From Squalus acanthias (taxonomy: Eukaryota), in the NCBI GenBank assembly GCA_030390025.1, contig CM059438.1:63676001-63740000 (forward strand): 64,000 nt of DNA, read 5' to 3'. Positions 47,225 to 59,494 of this stretch are shown in pieces; position 1 is the stretch's first letter; the number at the start of each line of letters is the position of its first letter. Both the position numbers and the translations under genes were made by a program. Below the pieces are notes generated by a model. That model saw only the letters and a list, made by a program, of their open reading frames with translations, did no database searches and was not told where the DNA came from.

Positions 47225-50200
47225 ACCTACTCTCCCGACCCGATCACCTACTCTGTCAACCCGATCCCCTACCCTCCCAACCCAATCAACTAGTCTCCCG
47301 ACCCGATCACCCACTCTCCCGACCCGATCACCCTCTCTCCCGACCCGATCACCCACTCTCCCGACCCGATCACCCTCTCTCCCGACCCGATCACCCACTC
47401 TCCCGACCCGATCACCCTCTCTCCCGACCCGATCGCCCACTCTCCCGACCCAATCACCCAATCTCCCGACCCGATCACCCAATCTCCCGACCCGATCACC
47501 CACTCTCCCGACCCGATCGCCCACTCTCCCGACCCAATCACCCAATCTCCCAACCCAATCACCCAATCTCCCGACCCGATCGCCCACTCTCCCGACCCAA
47601 TCACCCACTCTCCCGACCCGATCAACAATCTCCCGACCCGATCACCTACTCTCCCGACCCGATCACCCACTCTCCCGACCCGATCCCCTACTCTCCCGAC
47701 CCGATCCCCTACTCTCCCGACCCGATCCCCTACTCTCCCGACCCGATCCCCTACTCTCCCGACCCGATCACCTACTCACCCGACCCGATCAACTACTCTC
47801 CCGACCCGATCACCTACTCACCCGACCCGATTACCCACTCTCCCGACCCGATCACCCACTCTCCCGACCCGATCCCCTACTCTCCCAACCCGATCACCTA
47901 CTCTCCCGATCCGATCACCCACTCTCCCGACCCGATCACCCACTCTCCCGACCCGATCCCCTACTCTCCCAACCCGATCACCTACTCTCCCGACCCGATC
48001 ACCCACTCTCCCGACCCGATCCCCTACTCTCCCAACCCGATCACCTACTCTCCCGACCCGATCACCCACTCTCCCGACCCGATCCCCTACTCTCCCGACC
48101 CGATCACCTACTCTCCCGACCCGATCACCCACTCTCCCGACCCGATCCCCTACTCTCCCGACCCGATCACCCTCTCTCCTGACCCGATCCCCTACTCTCC
48201 CGACCCGATCACCTACTCTCCCGACCCGATCACCTACTCTCCCGACCCGATCACCCACACTCCCGACCCGATTCCCTACTCTCCCAACCCGATCACCTAC
48301 TCTCCCAACCCGATCACCTACTCTCCCGACCCGATCACCCACTCTCCCGACCCGATCCCCTACTCTCCCAACCCGATCACCTACTCTCCCGATCCGATCA
48401 CCCACTCTCCCGACCCGATCACCTACTCTCCCGATCCGATCACCCACTCTCCCGACCCGATCCCCTACTCTCCCAACCCGATCCCCTACTCTCCCAACCC
48501 GATCACCTACTCACCCGACCCGATCAACAATCTCCCGACCCGATCACCCACTCTCCCGACCCGATCCCCTACTCTCCCGACCCGATCACCCACTCTCCCG
48601 ACCCGATCACCCACTCTCCCGACCCGATCCCCTACTCTCCCAACCCGATCACCTACTCTCCCAACCCGATCACCTACTCTCCCAACCCGATCACCTACTC
48701 TCCCGACCCGATCACCCACTCTCCCGACCCGATCCCCTACTCTCCCGATCCGATCACCCACTCTCCCGACCCGATCCCCTACTCTCCCAACCCGATCCCC
48801 TACTCTCCCAACCCGATCACCTACTCACCCGACCCGATCAACAATCTCCCGACCCGATCACCCACTCTCCCGACCCGATCACCCACTCTCCCGACCCGAT
48901 CCCCTACTCTCCCAACCCGATCACCTACTCTACCAACCCGATCACCTACTCTCCCAACCCGATCACCTACTCTCCCGACCCGATCACCCACTCTCCCGAC
49001 CCGATTACCCACTCTCCCAACCCGATCACCTACTCTCCCGACCCGATCACCCACTCTCCCGACCCGATCACCTACTCTCCCGATCCGATCACCCACTCTC
49101 CCGACCCGATCCCCTACTCTCCCAACCCGATCCCCTACTCTCCCAACCCGATCACCTACTCACCCGACCCGATCAACAATCTCCCGACCCGATCACCCAC
49201 TCTCCCGACCCGATCCCCTACTCTCCCGACCCGATCACCCACTCTCCCGACCCGATCACCCACTCTCCCGACCCGATCACCTACTCACCCGACCCGATCA
49301 ACAATCTCCCGACCCGATCACCCACTCTCCCGACCCGATCCCCTACTCTCCCGACCCGATCACCCACTCTCCCGACCCGATCACCTACTCTCCCGATCCG
49401 ATCACCCACTCTCCCGACCCGATCCCCTACTCTCCCAACCCGATCACCTACTCACCCGACCCGATCAACAATCTCCCGACCCGATCACCCACTCTCCCGA
49501 CCCGATCCCCTACTCTCCCGACCCGATCACCCACTCTCCCGACCCGATCACCCACTCTCCCGACCCGATCCCCTACTCTCCCAACCCGATCACCTACTCT
49601 CCCAACCCGATCACCTACTCTCCCGACCCGATCACCCACTCTCCCGACCCGATCCCCTACTCTCCCAACCCGATCACCTACTCTCCCAACCCGATCACCT
49701 ACTCTCCCGACCCGATCACCTACTCTCCCGACCCGATCACCCTCTCTCCCGACCCGATCACCCACTCTCCCGACCCGATCGCCCACTCTCCCGACCCGAT
49801 CCCCTACTCTCCCAACCCGATCACCTACTCTCCCGACCCGATCACCCACTCTCCCGACCCGATCCCCTACTCTCCCAACCCGATCACCCACTCTCCCGAC
49901 CCGATCCCCTACTCTCCCGACCCGATCACCCACTCTCCCGACCCGATCACCCACTCTCCCGACCCGATCCCCTACTCTCCCAACCCGATCACCTACTCTC
50001 CCGACCCGATCACCTACTCTCCCGACCCGATCACCTACTCTCCCGACCCGATCACCCACTCTCCCGACCCGATCACCCACTCTCCCGACCCGATCACCCA
50101 CTCTCCCGACCCGATCACCTACTCTCCCGACCCGATCACCTACTCTCCCGACCCGATCACCTACTCTCCCGACCCGATCACCCACTCTCCCGACCCGATC

Positions 50201-50489
50201 ACCCACTCTCCCGACCCGATCACCTACTCTCCCGACCCGATCACCTACTCTCCCAACCCGATCACCTACTCTCCCGACCCGATCCCCTACTCTCCCAACC
50301 CGATCACCTACTCTCCCGACCCGATCACCTACTCTCCCGACCCGATCACCTACTCTCCCGACCCGATCACCCACTCTCCCGACCCGATCACCCACTCTCC
50401 CGACCCGATCACCCACTCTCCCGACCCGATCACCCACTCTCCCGACCCGATCACCCACTCTCCCGACCCGATCACCTACTCTCCCGACC
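47225..50489 (+). repeat. 21-bp minisatellite CTCTCCCGACCCGATCACC(C/T)A, about 155 copies, with occasional 20-bp variants
   Basis: Directly visible; the 20-bp ATCAACAAT variants explain the frame switches in the translated ORF. Confidence 0.99.
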
Positions 50490-50699
50490 TGGAATCACAT
50501 CCACTAATCCATCAAGAATGCCAGTGATTTTTTATAACGGTGGGTCTCTCTCTCTGGGCCGGTTGAGGCTGCTGCCACAAATATGCCACCTGTGCTTCCC
50601 ATAACACTGAGCTACGATGGAGACTGAACACTCAATGCAGCAGCATCAAATGCCCTTTATTTGAAGCACAGCCTTAACATTAGACCTTCACTTACATAG

Positions 50700-50810
50700 T
50701 ATTACACAGAATTTACAGCACAGAAATAGACCATTTGGCCCAATTGTGCCGGTATTTATGCTCCACACAAGCCTCCTCCCACCCTACTTCATCTAACTAT
50801 ATCAGCATAT
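50700..50810 (-). mobile_element. Short CR1 3' UTR fragment
   Basis: TTTACAGCACAGAAA...GACCATTTGGCCCAA...TTTATGCTCCACAC, homologous to 16140-16250. Confidence 0.7.
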
Positions 50811-51042
50811 GCAACACTTTGTTGCATATTTATTCAGAAGGCAGTTTGATCAAGTAAATGCTTCCATTTCATGCACATCCCTTGGCACTTTCCTGGCAGA
50901 TTGTTTACTAATGAGCTGCACATGGCTTCAATCTGGTATCAACCCTCCGGCGCGCCTAAACTGGGCAGAGAACACACGACCTGTGAAGAGTCTAAAAATG
51001 AGGAACTACAGAGTAGAGTGATCACACTTTCATGTACCAATA

Positions 51043-51170
51043 CTAGAGAGTAGTTAAAATGTGGAACTTGCTACCACAGGGAGTAGCTGAGGCGAATAAC
51101 ATAGATGCATTTAAGGGAAGCTAGATGAGGGAGAAAGTAATAGGAGGATATGCTGATAGGGTTAGATGAA
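51043..51170 (+). mobile_element. Short CR1 3' fragment
   Basis: ATGTGGAACTTGCTACCACAGGGAGTAG...GATGCATTTAAGGG. Confidence 0.7.
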
Positions 51171-51174
51171 GGGG

Positions 51175-53366
51175 GGAAGGCCGATTTTAATATGGTAAGG
51201 CAGGATCTGGCCAAAGTGGACTGGGATCAGCTACTTGTAGGAAAATCCACATCAGAGCAGTGGGAGTCTTTCAGAAAGGAAATAGAGAGAGTACAACGCC
51301 GACATGTTCCCGTAAAGGTCAAGGGTGGGACCAACAAACCCAGGGAACCCTGGATGTCAAGGGATATACAAGAATGGATTAGGAAAAAAAGGGAGGCTTT
51401 TGGCAGTTACAAAGGACTAAAAACAGTGGAAGCCCTAGAGGAGTATAGAAAGTGCAGGGGGGTACTTAAAAAAGAAATTAGGAGAGCGAAGAGGGGACAT
51501 GAAAAAACATTGGCGGGCAAAATAAAGGAAAATCCCAAGGTGTTTTATAAGTATATTAAGGGCAAGAGGATAACCAGGGAAAGAGTAGGGCCCATTAGGG
51601 ACCAAAGTGGCAATCTCTGTGTAGAGCCGGAAGATGTAGGTGAGGTTTTAAATGAATATTTTGCATCTGTGTTCACTATGGAGAAGGACGATGTTGGCAT
51701 AGAAATCAGGCGGGGGGATTGTGATATACTTGAACAATTAGTATTGAGAGGGAGGAGGTACTAGCGGTTTTAGCGGGCTTAAAAGTGGATAAATCCCCAG
51801 GCCCTGACGAGATGTATCCCAGGCTGCTGTGTGAGGCAAGGGAGGAGATTGCAGGGGCTCTGACACAAATTTTCAGAACCTCTCTGGCCACAGGGGAGGT
51901 GCCAGAGGACTGGAGAACAGCTAACGTAGTACCATTATTCAAGAAGTGTAGTAGGGATAAACCAGGGAATTACAGGCCAGTGAGCCTGACATCAGTGGTA
52001 GGGAAATTATTGGAAAAAATTCTGAGGGACAGAATTAGTCTCCACTTGGAGAGGCAAGGATTAATCAAGGATAGTCAGCATGGCTTTGTCAGGGGGAGAT
52101 CATGTCTAACCAATTTGATTGAATTTTTCGAGGGGGTGACGAGGTGTATGGATGAGGGTAGTGCAGTTGATGTAGTCTACATGGACTTCAGTAAGGCTTT
52201 TTACAAAGTCCCGCATGGGAGACTGGTCAAGAAGATAAGAGCCCATGGGATCCAGGGCAATTTGGCACATTGGATCCAAAATTGGCTCAGTGGCAGGAGG
52301 CAGAGGGTAATGGTCGAAGGTTGTTTTTGTGACTGGAAGCCTGTGTCCAGTGGTGTACCGCAGGGATCGGTGCTGGGTCCTTTGCTGTATGTAGTGTACA
52401 TTAATGATTTAGATATGAATGTAGGAGGTATGATCAGTAAGTTTGCAGATGACACGAAAATTGGTAGAGTGGTAAATAGCGAGGAGGGAAGCCTCAGGCT
52501 ACAGGACGATATAGACGGGTTGGCTAGATGGGCAGAACAGTGGCAAATGGAATTTAACCCTGAAAAGTGTGAGGTGATGCATTTTGGGAGGACTAACAAG
52601 GCAAGGGAATATACAATGAATGGTAGGACCCTAGGAAGGACAGAGGATCAGAGGGACCTTGGTGTGCATGTACATAGATCCCTGAAGGCAGCAGGACAGG
52701 TAGAAAAGGTGGTTAAAAAGGCATATGGGATACTTGCCTTCATTAGCCGAGGCATAGAATATAAGAGCAGGGAGGTTATGATGGAGCTGTACAAAACGCT
52801 AGTTAGGCCACAGCTGGAATACTGTGTGCAGTTCTGGTCGCCACACTATAGGAAGGATGTGATTGCATTGGAGAGGGTGCAGAGGAGATTCACCAGGATG
52901 TTACCTGGGCAGGAGCGCTTGAGCTATGAAGAGAGACTGGACAGGCTGGGGTTGTTTTCCTTAGAACAGTGAAGGCTGAGGGGGGACCTGATTGAGGTGT
53001 ACAAAATTATGAGGGGCATAGATAGGGGAGATAGAAAGGAACTTTTCCCCTTAGTAGAGGGGTCAATAACCAGGGGGCATAGGTTCAAGGTAAGGGGCAG
53101 GAGGTTTAGAGGGGATTTGAGGAAAAACTTTTTCACCCAGAGGGTGGTTGGAATCTGGAACTCACTGCCTGAAAGGGTGGTAGAGGCAGGAACCCTCGCA
53201 ACATTCAAGAAGCATTTAGATGAGTACTTGAAACGCCATAGCATACAAGGCTACGGACCAAGTGCTAGAAAATGGGATTAGAATAGACAGGGCTTGATGG
53301 CCGGCGCGGACATGATGGGCCGAAGGGCCTCTTTCTGTGCTGTATAAATCTATGACTCTATGACTC
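51175..53366 (+). mobile_element. 5'-truncated CR1 LINE, ORF2 RT region with few lesions
   Basis: ORFs 51150-51764, 51785-52972 (QHGF, YMDFSKAF, GVPQGSVLGP, FADD) and 52997-53281; tail TCTGTGCTGTATAAATCTATGACTCTATGACTC. Confidence 0.95.
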
Positions 53367-53642
53367 CAAGTAGGGTGGGAGGAGCTGCGTGTGCAGCATA
53401 AACACTGGCATAGACCAGTTGGGCCGAATGGCCTCTTTTTGTGCAATAAATTCTATGTAATTCTATGTAATACCAGCTTTTGCCACACCATCTTGTGTTG
53501 CTCCAAGAGGAACAGCTATGGAGGCAATGCCATGTAAACCTCATTCCGTACCACTTGCTGAAATATACAATAGTGAACAATATCTACCCATCAAGCAAAG
53601 ATCTCAACCTAACTGTCCACCAAAGCCACTTCTCTTCTCATT

Positions 53643-56017
53643 TGGGGAGCATTTGAGGAACAGTGATCATTATATCATCGGGTTTAGAATAGTTATGGAA
53701 AAGGACAAGGAACAATCAAACATAAAATTTTTTAACTGGAGGAGGGCTAATAGTTGAAAAGGGATCTCGCCCACGTGGATTGGAATCAAAAATTGGTAGG
53801 CAAAACAGTAATTGAACAATGGGAGGCCTTCAAAGAGGAAATGGTTTGGATGGAGTAGACACATTCCCGCGAGGGAGAAAGGGAAGGACATCCAAAGCTA
53901 CAACTCCCTAGATGACTAAAGATATAGAGATTAAAATGAAACAGAAAAAGGAGGCTTATGGCAAATGTAAGGTTCATAATACAATAGTGAACCATGCTGA
54001 ATACAGAAAGTACAGAGGAGAACTATAAAAGGGAATAAGAGGGGCAAAGAGAGTGTATGAGAATAAATTAGTGGCTAACATAAAAGTGAACCCAAAAATA
54101 TTTTAGAAACATATAAATAGTAAAAGGGTAGTTACAGGATGGGTGGGGCCGATTAGGGACCAAAAAATCTTGTGGAGGCAGAGAGCATGGCTGAGGTATT
54201 AAATGTGTACTTTGCATCTGTCTTAACTAGAGAAGAGGATACTGCCGATGTCGCAGTAAAGGAGGAGGCAGTAGTGATATTGGATAGGATAAAAATAGAT
54301 GAAGAAGAAGTACTTAAAAGGTTGTCAATACTCAAAGTAGAAAAGTCACCTGGTCTGGATGGGATGGATCCCAGGTTTCTGAGGGAAGTAAGGGTGGAAA
54401 TTGCGCAGGCTGTGGCCACAATCTTCAAATCCTCCTTAGATATGGGGGAGGTGCCAGAGCACTGGAGGATTGCAAATGTTACACACCTGTTCAAAAAAGG
54501 GGAGATGACTAAACCCAGCAATTACAGGCCAGTCAGCCTAATGTCAGTGGTGGGGTAACTTTTAAAGCCAATAATCTGGGCAAAACTAATTGGCATTTGG
54601 AAAAGTATGGGTGAATAAATGGAAGTTAGCAAGGATTTGTTATAGGCAAATCGTGTTTGACTAACTTGATTGAGTTCTTTGAGGGTTGATGAGGGTAGTG
54701 CGGTTGATGTTGTGTATATGGACTTTCACAAGGTGTTTGATAAGTACCACAAAATAGACTTGTTAGCAAAATTGAAGCCCATGGGAATACAGGGACAGTG
54801 GCAGCGTGGATACGAAATTGGCTAAGGGATAGAAAACAGAGTTGTGGTGAGCAGTTGTTTTTCAGACTGGAGGAAAGCGTGCAGTGTTGCTCCCCAAGGG
54901 TCAGTATTAGGACCACTGCTCTTTTTGATATATACTAGTGGCCTGGACTAGGGCATAATTTCAAATTTGCAAATGACACGAAACTCGGAAATGTAGTAAA
55001 CAGTGAGGAGGATAGTAACAGACTTCAGGAGGGTATAGACAGACTGATGAAACGAGCAGACACATGGCAGATGAAATATAACACAAAGCAGTGTGAATTG
55101 ACTCATTTTGGTAAGAATGAGGAGAGGCAATATAAACTAAATGAAAAACAAAAGTAAAATACTGCGGATGTTGGAAATCTGAAATAGAAAGAGAAAATGC
55201 TAGAAATACTCAGCAGGTCAGGCAGCATCTGTGGCGAGAGAAACAGGGTTAACGTTTCAGGTCGATGACTTTTTGTCAGAACTGGGTACAATTTTAAAGG
55301 GGGTGCAAGAACAGAGAGACCTGGGGGTGTACATACACGAGTATTTGAAGGTGAGAAGGCTGTTAAAAAGGCATACGGGATCCTTGGCTTTAGAAATAGA
55401 GGCATAGAGTACAAAATTAAAAGAGTTTATGCTAAATCTTTATAAAACATTGGTTAGACCCCAGCTGGAGTAATGTGTCCAATTCTAGGCACCACACTTT
55501 AGGAAGGATGTCAAGACCTTAGAGAGGGTGCAGAGATGGTTTACTGGACTGGCACCAGAGATGAAAGACTTCAGTTACGTGGAGAGACTAGACAAACTGG
55601 GGTTGTTCTCCTTAGAGCAGAGAAGGCTAAGGGGAGATTTGATAGAGGCGTTCAAAACCATGAAGCGCTTTGACAGAGTAGATCGGGAGAAACTGTTTCC
55701 AGTGGCAGAAGGGTCGGCAACCAGAGGACAAAGATTTAAAGTAATTGGTAAAAGAACCAGAGGCAACGTGAGGATAAAAAATTTACGCAGCGAGTTGTTG
55801 TGATCTGGAATGCACTGCCTGAAAGAGCGATGGAAGCAGATTCAATAGTAACTTTCAAAAAGGGCATTCGATAAATGCTTAAAGTGGAAAAATTTGCAGG
55901 GCTATGGGGAAAGAGCAGGGGAGGGTGAGTAATTGGGATAGTTCTTTCAAAGAACCGGCACAGGCTCGATGGGCCGAATAGCCTCCTTCTCTGCTGTATC
56001 ATTCTATTATTCTATGA
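53643..56017 (+). mobile_element. Older decayed 5'-truncated CR1 LINE
   Basis: Fragmented ORF2 (KSPGLDG, NYRPVSL, LFSLEQRRLRGDLIE); ends TTCTCTGCTGTATCATTCTATTATTCTATGA. Confidence 0.92.
55144..55284 (-). mobile_element. Penelope-like element terminal-repeat remnant with a degenerate hammerhead ribozyme core, inserted in CR1
   Basis: Interrupts CR1 at TATAAACTAAATG|GGTACAATTTT; minus strand reads CAGTT-CTGACAA-AAAGTCATCGACCT-GAAA-CGTTAAC (CUGANGA...GAAA layout). Confidence 0.7.
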
Positions 56018-56595
56018 AAAGCACGATAGAAATGCAAGTTGTTGTTGTTGTTGTTGTTGTTGTAACGTGGACACCAAAAATCACAATGTAAACCGTCAGT
56101 CGTTTTTTTAATCCTGCCCCTGTGTCATGGGTTGTGTTGGCACTGGCTGGCATGGTTGAGAGGCTTTTCAATAATCAGAAGCACAGAAAAACTAAATCTG
56201 AATTCAAGCCACGATCGTACCCTATACTTTTCCCTTCCCTGTTTGATTTTTGACCAACTCTCTCTCCTCACAAAGATGCAGTTGAGATGTAGAACTCAAA
56301 GGAACGGTGAATTGAACAGATGTTTCCTCCACTCTTTGGCGTTCTATAGGTTTGCCCCACTTGCGTGCTGCTCCTATTTTCTGAGTGAGTTTTAATTCAA
56401 AGCGGTGGCACTCACCACCCTCACCTGATGAGCAAGTGCGAAAAACAGAGGCATCTTCAGCAAAGAATTAAAACCTAATTGAAAGGCGTATCTGCTGGGG
56501 TGTTTGAAACTCAAACCGCTGGGATCTTTCTAGCTGGGCCTAATTGTGAAAATTGCACGTCTAGCAGTAAGTGTAGCCCAATGGTCTGAACCCTA

Positions 56596-56787
56596 GAACA
56601 TCAGAAATAGGAGCAGGAGTAGGCCATGTGGGCATCGAGCCTGCTCCGCCATTCAATAAGATCGCGGCTGAACTTTTACATCAACTCCACCTTCCCACCC
56701 TATCCCCATATCCCTTGATTCCCAAAAATCTATCAATCTCAGTCTTGAATATACTCATCGACTGAGCATCCACAGCCCTCTGGGGTA
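56596..56787 (-). mobile_element. CR1 3' end fragment
   Basis: AGAAATAGGAGCAGGAGTAGGCC...CCTGCTCCGCCATTCAATAAGATC is the reverse complement of the 3' UTR at 33290-33365. Confidence 0.88.
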
Positions 56788-56954
56788 GACTTGATAACCT
56801 GTTAACAAGTTACTAAATGCAGCAGCTGCCTCTTTGCGACAATGGTTAATTGAACTCTTGACCTTTACTGTCCTCCACTCCCCTCTTATTTTCTTGGAGC
56901 TGTCTTGACATGTCCCTATTGGTCCAATGAACGACACATCTCAAGTCTAACCGT

Positions 56955-57040
56955 GCCAATTCTGAAGGAAGGTTGTACCTGAAGTGTTACCTTATTTCCC
57001 CCCTCAATAGCCTGCTGCGTATTTCCAGCCCTTCCTCTTT
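56955..57040 (+). mobile_element. Highly decayed Penelope-like terminal-repeat remnant
   Basis: TTCTGAAGGAAGG...CCTGAAGTGTTA...CCTGCTGCGTATTTCCAGC is loosely colinear with the reverse complement of 55144-55284. Confidence 0.4.
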
Positions 57041-57825
57041 CAATGAAGAGGTATGCCAGTCAGCAGCAGACAGCAGGAGTTCATCATCTAGCAATGAACG
57101 GCAGCTATTTGCCCAAAAGCAGTTATTGGCTGCAGTCAAGTGAGTGGAAAACATCCAATTTCAAAATTGTTTTCACTGAGCAGATTAAATGATATATGCT
57201 TAGAGCCAGATATCAGAGGGCTGTTGTATAGAAGTTGTCTTTAATGTCATACTGTGAGCAGAAGACTCAAAATGAATGTGTTTATCCCTCCACCATTCTA
57301 TCACACAGTGGTATTGTCACTTCATTTGAATGTTAAATTGGTTTTACATGGTTGTTTTGTTCTCTGTTTCAGAATTTTTGACTCCATGAAAGATTGCTCA
57401 AGGCTCAGAGACTTTGGCTGCAGTTTTACTCCCATTTTGTGTTACTGTGAAGCTGTCCCTTCATTGCTTCAACACAAAAGTGGGACTATTAATTTGGGAC
57501 CTGAGAACCAAGCACATTATGGCAGGAAAAGTGAAATCAACTCCGTTAAATGGCTTCGTACTTCTTCTGCTGCATTTCAGTGGCAGCTCAGCTCCAGTTG
57601 GCTTGAATCTGGGAGCAGAGCAGGAGACCAATTGACCATGCTGAGAAAGGCCTAAAGCAATGCCCAATACATGATTGTTGTATCATTTCTCTTAACCGGG
57701 TCCAAAGTTTTTACTGCACGTTCTTGCTTGTACAATCATGGTGTTGCTATGCATGTTTACGTGTTCACATGAATGTTCTGGGGTGTGTATGTGAATTATT
57801 ATGACCATATCATTGATTCAGTTGA

Positions 57826-58290
57826 GAGTCAGCCGTGACTCAGTGGTAGTATTCTCGCTTCTGAGTCAGAAGGCTGTAGGTTTCAAGCCCCATTCCAGAG
57901 ACTTGAGCAAAAAATCTGGACTGACACTCCTGTGCCATACTGAGGGAGTGCTACGGTGTCAGTGGTGCCGTCTTTCGGATGAGATATTAAACTAAGGCCC
58001 CGTCTGCCTTCTCGGGTGGGGGTAAAAGATCCCATGCCACTATTCGAAGAAGAGCAGGAGAGTTCTCCCTGGTGTCCCGGCCAATATTTATTTCTCAATG
58101 TGCATTAAAAACAGATGATCTGATCATTAACACATTGCTGTTTGTGGGACCTTGCCATGTGCAAATTGCTTGCTGCATTTCGTATACCAACACAGTGACT
58201 ACACGCCAGATGTATTTTATTGGCTGTAAGGCGCTTTGGGACGTCCTGAGAAAGGCGCTATATAAATGCAAGTCTTTCTTTTCCTTTCTC
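57826..58290 (+). mobile_element. Full-length tRNA-headed Deu-domain SINE
   Basis: A-box-like TGACTCAGTGG at ~57836; B-box-like GGTTTCAAGCCC at ~57879; Deu core; tail AAGGCGCTATATAAATGCAAGTCTTTC. Confidence 0.88.
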
Positions 58291-58692
58291 TTTCATGCAT
58301 ATCCAACAGTAGCGTTCAGAGCATTCCCCAGAGCAGACAGATGGTATAACTTCGAGCCATCCAACCTCTGTGAACTCACATACCAGTCTGACAGGTGCAT
58401 GTGACATAACTGCACCCTTTTATAGCAAGAAATAGTAAAATAATATTACTCGAATTTAAATAGTGCTTTTCACTTTGAAATATCTCAAATTGTTCGTCCA
58501 TTCAATTATGTTTTAACTGTTGTCACAAGGAAAAAAATACAAAGTTGAGTACTTCTCGGCTATGTATTTCAGTGACTTCCCGGTTTAGAAAGGTTGACAT
58601 AGTATGAATTGCAGTGATCACAATGTGAAAAACAGATTGCTGATATTTTTACTGCTATTACAATTTCCTGAACACCAGAAAAGGATATTTTT

Positions 58693-58850
58693 GTCAGCTT
58701 GGATCAATGATAGCGCTCTTTCCTCTGAGTCAGAAGGTCATGGGTTCAAGTCCCACTCCAGGGACTTGAGCACATAATCTAAGCTGACACTTCAATGCAG
58801 CACCGAGGGAGCGCTGGATTATCAGAGGTACCATCCTTCAGATGAGGGGT
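58693..58850 (+). mobile_element. 5' part (tRNA head plus start of core) of the same SINE family
   Basis: CTGAGTCAGAAGGTCATGGGTTCAAGTCCCACTCCAG with B-box; homologous to 57828-57985. Confidence 0.8.
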
Positions 58851-59494
58851 TATGATTTAGCATGATAATAGGTATCACTGATGGGTTACTCAGCGACACC
58901 CCCTCCCTCCCGAATTTATTCCCTTCCTCTCTTGAAGATGACTCGTGCTGGGATGTAGTTCCAAAGGTACGAAAAGGCCTTTCCTATCTGGGTCATTGTT
59001 CGTGTGTGACTATGAAATAAGAGTTGATCAGAAAAAACTGTGTGAGCCCTGGAAGTCTGAAAAAAAAATCATTAACCAGAAAGACCTGGAAGTGCTCAGT
59101 GGTTCAGCCAACATCGTTACAAGTCTCCTGACTGATCGGTGCATCTCCCAGCATTGTCTGTTTTTATTCCTAGACAGTGGTTATCGGCAGAGAAGATAAA
59201 TGTGGGAATGTGCGTGGGGAGAGGGGCGGGGAAGAAAACAGTCAGGGTTTTCCCTTCTGATCTCCACCCAGCAACTCCTGCCTGAAAGAGCATGTGTGTG
59301 GTTGTTGAGTGGGATAGATTCAGGCAAGATCAACGCATGGCCACGCAGCCCGGGACCGGCTTTCGCAATGTTAAGCTCGTGCATGCACGAAACTGTGAAT
59401 GGGCCTCGCAGCCCCTTTAAGGGGCCGCACACCCACAAAAAAAATTACGGGGAACATTGGGTATGACTGTGATGCTTTGCCTCCTATTCTCCTC

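Noticed and set aside
47047..50604. 1185-aa Pro/Ser/Asp-rich ORF and antisense (GDRVGRV)n ORFs
   Set aside because: They are translations of a stop-free 21-bp minisatellite. The peptide repeat switches frame at every 20-bp variant, so no frame is being preserved.
29620..52599. Antisense ORFs over the LINEs (e.g. 29620-29991, 40510-40878, 43029-43403, 52201-52599)
   Set aside because: These are shadow frames of CR1 ORF1/ORF2 with no independent evidence.
57254..57655. 133-aa ORF following a good splice acceptor
   Set aside because: No recognisable domain and no clear partner exon or donor; kept only as a weak splice-signal note.
57826..57900. tRNA gene
   Set aside because: The A/B boxes belong to the tRNA-derived head of a SINE that continues into the Deu core.
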